A stretch of DNA of 64,000 nt from Myxococcota bacterium (GTDB taxonomy: Bacteria; Myxococcota_A; UBA9042; PHBI01; JAWLBL01), in NCBI GenBank assembly GCA_041687695.1, contig JAWLBL010000007.1, forward strand, positions 160,001 through 224,000, read 5' to 3'. A program made the translations under genes and the position numbers. Below are positions 58,820-64,000 of this stretch, piece after piece (the stretch's first letter is position 1; each line of letters opens with the position of its first letter). Below the pieces are notes generated by a model. That model was not told where the DNA came from and did no database searches. It saw only the letters and a list, made by a program, of their open reading frames with translations.

Positions 58820-60192
58820 GGGCCCCGGTCGCGACCGCGCGGTTCGGCCCGCAGCGTGGGCGGCGTGACGCGCGGCCCGGCGTCGAGGGCGAGCACGTTG
58901 AAGACGGCGCGGGCGCTGCACTTCATGCCGGCCGGGAAGCGGTAGGCGGCGATGCGGTCGCGCAGGCAGCGCTCGGCCGGCGCGGCGCGGGCCTGGGCGT
59001 CCTGGGGCGAGGGACGGACGCGCCCCCGCTCGATGCGCAGCGTCACGATCTGGCGCGCGGAGCCCGGCCCGTCGAAGCAGGGCTCGGCCGTCGCGGCGGC
59101 CTCCCGCAGGCGCTCGAGCACGGCGCCGCGCTCGCAGCTGCCCTCGATGTTCAGGCTCTCGACCCGCACCCGCCCGGTGGCCGCGCGCCGCGGCGGCGCC
59201 ACGGTCGGGATCTGCGCCGGGGTGACCGTGTCGGGCGCGCGTGGAGGCGGGCTCGGTGCCTCGGCGGCCAGCCACCGGACGAAGGCCCCCGCGTCGGCCG
59301 TCGTGAGGTGCAGGCCCGTGGTCCGCCGCGCGTCGCCCCCGCCGAAGACGTGCGGCAGCACGGTCCGCGCGATCTTCGCGAGATCGCGCGCCCGCTCGGG
59401 ATCGCGCTCGCGCCAGGCGGCGATCGCCCGTCCCCAGGCCGCCCACGCCTGCCGGGGGTTGCGCTCGAGCAGCACGTCGAAGGCCTCGATGGCCGCCCGC
59501 GTGCGGTCGGCGGCCAGCAGGGCGTAGGCGCGGGCCAGCGCGAGCTCGTCGTCCTCGGGGCGCGCGGCGGCCGCCCGCTGCAGTAGCTCGAGGGCCCGCA
59601 TGGGGTCCCCCGGTCGCCGACGCTCCAGCAGCATGAGCCCGACGTCGGTCTGGATGCGCACGTCTCCGGGGGCCAGCTCCAAGGCCCGCTCGCCGTCCTC
59701 GGCGGCGGCCTCGACGTGCCCCAGCCGGTACTGGATGATGGCGCGATCGTGGCGGTAGCCGGCGTCGTCGGGGGCCAGCGAGACGGCGCGGGTCGCGGCG
59801 ATGAGCGCCTCCTCGTAGCGACCCTGCCACTCGTGCAGCGCCGCCAGGTTGCCCCAGGCGGGGGCCAGCTGGGGGTCGGCCTCGGTCGCCTTTCGGAGGG
59901 ACGCCTCGGCGGCGCCGCGTTGGCCGCCCTCGCGGTACAGGACCCCCAGCATCAGGTGGATGCGGGCGTCCTCGCGGAAGCGCTCGCGCGCCGCCTCGAG
60001 CACCTGGATCGCCCGGCGCCGGTTGCCCGAGTCGGCGAGCGCGGACGCCTGCGCCCGCGCCCGCTCGGGGTCCGTGGCCTCTCCGGCCGGCGGCGCCTGG
60101 GCGCGCCCCAGCCCCGGCCCGACGAGCAGCAGCGCCGCGACCAGCGCCGTGGCCAGCCCGGCGAGCCCTCGGGTGGACGCGGCGCCGGTCAA
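58816..60192 (-). CDS. Secreted TPR protein with C-terminal TonB-C/AgmX-PglI-like domain
   Basis: Signal peptide, multiple TPRs (AWGNLA, LELAPGD), Pro linker, C-terminal L.IE.G.V..ERCL..I...RFP; TTG start overlapping the SDR stop is inferred. Confidence 0.7.
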   Translation of the reverse strand: MTGAASTRGLAGLATALVAALLLVGPGLGRAQAPPAGEATDPERARAQASALADSGNRRRAIQVLEAARERFREDARIHLMLGVLYREGGQRGAAEASLRKATEADPQLAPAWGNLAALHEWQGRYEEALIAATRAVSLAPDDAGYRHDRAIIQYRLGHVEAAAEDGERALELAPGDVRIQTDVGLMLLERRRPGDPMRALELLQRAAAARPEDDELALARAYALLAADRTRAAIEAFDVLLERNPRQAWAAWGRAIAAWRERDPERARDLAKIARTVLPHVFGGGDARRTTGLHLTTADAGAFVRWLAAEAPSPPPRAPDTVTPAQIPTVAPPRRAATGRVRVESLNIEGSCERGAVLERLREAAATAEPCFDGPGSARQIVTLRIERGRVRPSPQDAQARAAPAERCLRDRIAAYRFPAGMKCSARAVFNVLALDAGPRVTPPTLRAEPRGRDRGP

Positions 60193-60980
60193 GCGCGCCC
60201 GCGAGCGCCGTCGGACTTGGCCCGACGCAGGGCGCGGTCGTACAGCCACAGCGGCATCCGGCGCACGGCGCGCATGATGAAGGCCAGCTGCCAGGGGAAG
60301 TCGATCTGGGCGCGGCGCCGCTCGAGCCCGTCGACGACCACGCGCGCGGCGGCCTCGACGGGCATCAGGAACGGCATCGGGAAGCGGTTCTTGTCGGTCA
60401 TCGGGGTCTTCACGAACCCAGGGTGGATGGTCGTGACCGACACGCCGCGCCGCGCCAGATCGAGCCGCAGCGACTCCATCAGGGCGGTGACGGCCGCCTT
60501 GCTGGCCGAGTAGGCGGCCGAGTCAGGAAGGCCGCGCCAGGCCGCCAGGCTGGACACCGCGGCCAGGAAGCCCTCGCCTCGCTCGAGCAGCCCCGGCTGC
60601 ACGGCCGCGAGGCTGTTGACGACGCCCATCACGTTGACGTCGAACAGGCGGCGCTCGCGCTCGGGGCGCAGGATGCCGCCGGTCGTCGGATCCCCGACGC
60701 CCGCGTTGGCGACCAGCCCGTAGACCGGACCGAGCCGCTCCTCGAGACGCCCCACGGCCTGGGACAGCGCCTCGAAGTCGCACACGTCCGCCGGCTCGCG
60801 GGCCGCGCGGCCGCCAGCCGCCTCGATGGCTCGCGCCACCTCGTCGAGCTGCTCGGGGCGCCGCGCCACGAGGCCCACGTGGGCGCCGCGGCGGCCGAGC
60901 TCGACCGCGATGGCGGCGCCGATGCCGCTCGAGGCGCCCGTGACGACGACGTGGTGTCCCTCGAGATCGAGTCTCGCCAT
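60189..60980 (-). CDS. Short-chain dehydrogenase/reductase
   Basis: TGASSGIG, ANAG, YSASK, PGFVKTPM. Confidence 0.9.
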   Translation of the reverse strand: MARLDLEGHHVVVTGASSGIGAAIAVELGRRGAHVGLVARRPEQLDEVARAIEAAGGRAAREPADVCDFEALSQAVGRLEERLGPVYGLVANAGVGDPTTGGILRPERERRLFDVNVMGVVNSLAAVQPGLLERGEGFLAAVSSLAAWRGLPDSAAYSASKAAVTALMESLRLDLARRGVSVTTIHPGFVKTPMTDKNRFPMPFLMPVEAAARVVVDGLERRRAQIDFPWQLAFIMRAVRRMPLWLYDRALRRAKSDGARGRA

Positions 60981-60987
60981 GGAGGCC

Positions 60988-62139
60988 TCAGCCGCGCTGG
61001 TGCAGGGGGGTGAAGGGGCGCTCGCGGTGGCCCTCGTAGACCTGGGTCGGGCGGAAGATGCGGTTGCCCTGCAGCTGCTCGACCCAGTGCGCGAGCCAGC
61101 CGGCCACGCGCGCGATGGCGAAGATGGGCGTGAAGAGGTCGGGCTCGATGCCCATCTTGGCGTAGACGATGCCCGAGTAGAAGTCGACGTTGGGATAGAT
61201 GCCCTTGGGCCCGAGGCGCTCGGCGGCCAGATCCTCGACCTTTCGGGCGATCTCGTAGCGGCGGTCGGTCCCGAGGTGGTCGAACAGGCGCATCGCCAGG
61301 CCCTGCAGGATGGTCGCGCGGGGATCCTTGGTCTTGTAGACCCGGTGGCCGAGGCCCATGATCTTCTGCTTGTTGGCGATCTTGGCGCCGATGACCTCGT
61401 CGACCCGGTCGGGCGACCCGATGGCGTCGAGCATCACCAGCACCTCTTCGTTGGCGCCGCCATGGAGCGGACCCGACAGGGTGCCGACGGCCGACGAGAC
61501 GACCGTGAAGGGGTCGGCCAGGGTCGAGCCGACGACGCGCGCCGAGAACGTCGAGGCGTTCATGGTGTGCTCGGCGTGCAGGATGAGGCACACGTCCATC
61601 GTGCGGGCCGTGACGGGGTCGGGCTCGGCGCCGGTCAGCATGTACAGGAAGTTGGCCGCGTGGCCGAGGTCGTCGCGCGGCAGGACGGCCTCGTCGCCGC
61701 GACGCAGCCGGGCGAAGGCGGCCACCAGGGTCGGCAGCTTGGCGATGAGGCGGATGACGGCCTCGCGCTGCACCTGCGCGTCCAGCACGGCGCGCGCCGG
61801 ATAGAACATGCCCAGCGCGGCGGTCGCGGCCTGCAGGGCGTCCATCGGGTGGCCGCCTTCGGGCAAGCACTCGAGCAGGTCGACGATCTTGTACTTCAGG
61901 CGCCGGTGCTGGCGCAGCTCGGCGTCGAAGGCCTGCAGCTGGGCGCGCGTGGGCAGCTCGCCGTAGACCAGAAGGGCGGCGACCTCCTCGAAGGTGCAGT
62001 GCTCGGCCAGGTCCTCGATCGAGTAGCCCCGGTAGTAGAGCTTGCCCAGCTGTCCGTTGATGGACGAGACCTTGGAGGCGGCGCAGGGCACGCCCTCGAG
62101 GCCGGGGATGAGCGCGGGCTTGGGGGTCGCTTCGGGCAT
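60988..62139 (-). CDS. gltA: Citrate synthase
   Basis: GLEGV, HPMD, LHAEHTMNAST, GPLHGGAN, GLGHRVYK..DPR, YPNVDFY. Confidence 0.92.
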   Translation of the reverse strand: MPEATPKPALIPGLEGVPCAASKVSSINGQLGKLYYRGYSIEDLAEHCTFEEVAALLVYGELPTRAQLQAFDAELRQHRRLKYKIVDLLECLPEGGHPMDALQAATAALGMFYPARAVLDAQVQREAVIRLIAKLPTLVAAFARLRRGDEAVLPRDDLGHAANFLYMLTGAEPDPVTARTMDVCLILHAEHTMNASTFSARVVGSTLADPFTVVSSAVGTLSGPLHGGANEEVLVMLDAIGSPDRVDEVIGAKIANKQKIMGLGHRVYKTKDPRATILQGLAMRLFDHLGTDRRYEIARKVEDLAAERLGPKGIYPNVDFYSGIVYAKMGIEPDLFTPIFAIARVAGWLAHWVEQLQGNRIFRPTQVYEGHRERPFTPLHQRG

Positions 62140-62239
62140 GGGCGGCGGCTCCTCGCGTCGTCGGGCCGGTTGGCGCGGCGCGCGGAGGCTAACAAAGGCC
62201 TCGGAGCCTTGGCAACGCGGGGGTCCGGCCGGCGGGCCC

Positions 62240-63121
62240 TCAGGGGGCCGGCTCGGGCAGCGTCCAGCCGATGACCTCGAGCTGCGGGCGGCAGTAGTGC
62301 GACAGCGCCTGCTTGACCACCCGCGCCTGGACGCTGAGCGCGACGTCCCGGTGGAGCGCGACGAAGTCCATCAGCGCGCGCGCGGCCGGCGTGCGCGGCA
62401 CGTAGGCGTGCGCGAAGTCGCCTTTGGCGTTGTGCAGGCGCAGGGCGTAGTGGGTGCGGTCGGCGCCCTTGAAGACGCAGTGGTAGGCCGTGTCGAGGCG
62501 AGCGCCCGCGGTCAGCTGGACGTGGGCGCCGACCTCGAGCCCCTCGGTCTCGACGCCCGCGTGGCGGCGCTTGCGCCCCATCAGGCCGTCCCACAGCTCC
62601 TTGTCGGCCGAGGCGTCGAGGCCCGCGTGGCGGGGGCCGACCGTCGGGTCGGGGCGGCCGGGCGGGAGCGACCCGTCGGGGTACTGCCAGCCCTGCGACC
62701 ACTTGAGGATGTCCACCTGGTCGGGGCACAGCTCGCTCAGACGCGCCGGATCGAAGCGGACTTGCACCGTGATGGGCGCCCAGGGGTCGCGCTCGAGCGA
62801 GTCGGCCAGGATGCGGCCGAGCTCGGTCGGCATGTAGCCGGTCAGCGTCTCGAGCGGGCCGCCGAGCAGGGTGAAGGCCATCAGCTGGCCCTCGGTGCCG
62901 CGGTAGCCGCAATTGTAATAGGAGGTGCGGCGGGCGTGGACGCGCAGGGTGACCACGCGGCCGGCCTGCTCGAAGCGGTCCTGGACGAGGCGGGTCACGG
63001 TCGGCCAGTTGCGCGGGTCGCGGCTGGGCGCGTCGGAGGCCTGGGCGGCCGCGTCGCCGGCCGGATGGGCCAGCGCGAGCGCGGCGAGCAGGGCGACGAG
63101 GGCGAGGGCGGGGCGTGACAC
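62240..63121 (-). CDS. Secreted hypothetical protein with two homologous ~90-aa domains
   Basis: Signal peptide; internal duplication; start uncertain. Confidence 0.65.
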   Translation of the reverse strand: MSRPALALVALLAALALAHPAGDAAAQASDAPSRDPRNWPTVTRLVQDRFEQAGRVVTLRVHARRTSYYNCGYRGTEGQLMAFTLLGGPLETLTGYMPTELGRILADSLERDPWAPITVQVRFDPARLSELCPDQVDILKWSQGWQYPDGSLPPGRPDPTVGPRHAGLDASADKELWDGLMGRKRRHAGVETEGLEVGAHVQLTAGARLDTAYHCVFKGADRTHYALRLHNAKGDFAHAYVPRTPAARALMDFVALHRDVALSVQARVVKQALSHYCRPQLEVIGWTLPEPAP

Positions 63122-63219
63122 GGGCGGCACTATCGGGCGCCGGGTTCGGGGAATCAAACAATTTGCCGTAGTCTGGCGCCGCTGGTAGGTGTTGCGGCCA
63201 CTCCGGGGGAAACCAACAC

Positions 63220-64000
63220 GTGAACGGAAGCGAGGCGGTTCGGGGCGGCTCGTCGCGGGGCGGCCGCGGGAGGCGCGGCGCGGTGGCCGGGCTGCTGATG
63301 GGCGCGGTGGCGCTGCTGGCGTCGTGGGCGCCGGAGGTGGCGCGGGCCAGCGAGGCGCCGGGCGCGACCGGCCACGGGCTGCAGGCGGCGGCGCCGGCGG
63401 CGCTGGCGACGGGGATGCGGCGCCTCGTGCCGAACCTGGTGACCATGGCGGCCCACGCCGAGGCGGACGGCGCCTGGCTCCAGGCGCTGGACGCCGCGCT
63501 GGGAGAGGCCGACGACGCGGTGCGGCAGGCCTACCGGGGGCGGACCGAGGCGCTGTTCGCCGGTGACGAGGGCCTGACGGCGGCCGGAGAGGTCGCGCTG
63601 GCGTGGCTGAAGCGGGCCGACGCCCACGTGGCGGACCGGGCGATCCCGTGGGCGCGCCGCGCCGTCGAGGGCGCCGAGCGGCCGGCGGAGGGCGAGCGAC
63701 GGCGAGGCGCGCCGGCCATCGAGGTGACGCGCGAGGCGTTGCTCGAGGCGTGGCGGGGTTCGGATGGTCAGGAGCGGCGCCTGCTCGAGGCGGCGCGGCG
63801 GCTGGGGCGGCAGGGGCCGATGCGGGCGGCGGTCGAGGCGCTTGCGGCGCACCTGACGGCGTCGAGCCGCGCGAGGGCCGAGCTCGAGGTGGCGCTGGCG
63901 AGCGGCCTGGCGGCGCTGGTGGCCGACGTTCGGCCGCGGCCGCGGACGACCGGCGTGCACGTGGACGCCGACGGCTACTACGCGTCGCCGGACACGCTGT
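63220..64000 (+). CDS. Secreted protein, 5' part only (possibly L,D-transpeptidase scaffold-like)
   Basis: GTG 63220 after GGGGGA; frame open to window end; signal peptide; AY.GR...LF...GLT.AG...L..AD.H resembles an LdtD-type scaffold; catalytic domain not in window. Confidence 0.5.
   Translation, partial: MNGSEAVRGGSSRGGRGRRGAVAGLLMGAVALLASWAPEVARASEAPGATGHGLQAAAPAALATGMRRLVPNLVTMAAHAEADGAWLQALDAALGEADDAVRQAYRGRTEALFAGDEGLTAAGEVALAWLKRADAHVADRAIPWARRAVEGAERPAEGERRRGAPAIEVTREALLEAWRGSDGQERRLLEAARRLGRQGPMRAAVEALAAHLTASSRARAELEVALASGLAALVADVRPRPRTTGVHVDADGYYASPDTL

Overview
Very GC-rich chromosomal window. Taxonomy is inferred, not searched: probably a Myxococcota/deltaproteobacterial genome, judging from Cys-rich repeat proteins with a MYXO-CTERM-like tail, three Ser/Thr kinases, an FHA-GAF sigma54 activator and a tmRNA tag ANDNAFALAA. 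Housekeeping content includes a partial nuo cluster (A, C, D, G, H, I only), hemL, trxB, aspS, gltA, an ABC-F ATPase, tRNA-Val/Asp/Asp and ssrA. No transposase, integrase, phage gene or CRISPR array was recognised. Main points of interest: (1) a bshC-bshB1-bshA bacillithiol operon divergent from a coupled operon of secreted LmbE/PIG-L enzyme, 54-aa membrane peptide and sodium:solute symporter, a candidate thiol/amino-sugar recycling system; (2) a ~900-bp non-coding element after nuoI with long inverted arms showing compensatory base changes around an array of palindromic repeats; (3) a kinase, TPR protein and FHA-GAF-bEBP followed by a perfect sigma54 -24/-12 box and a palindromic enhancer candidate, ahead of lipoprotein genes; (4) an XRE-PTS EIIA fusion with a candidate operator, near a K+/H+ antiporter. 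All product calls come from reading motifs by eye; no database search was run.
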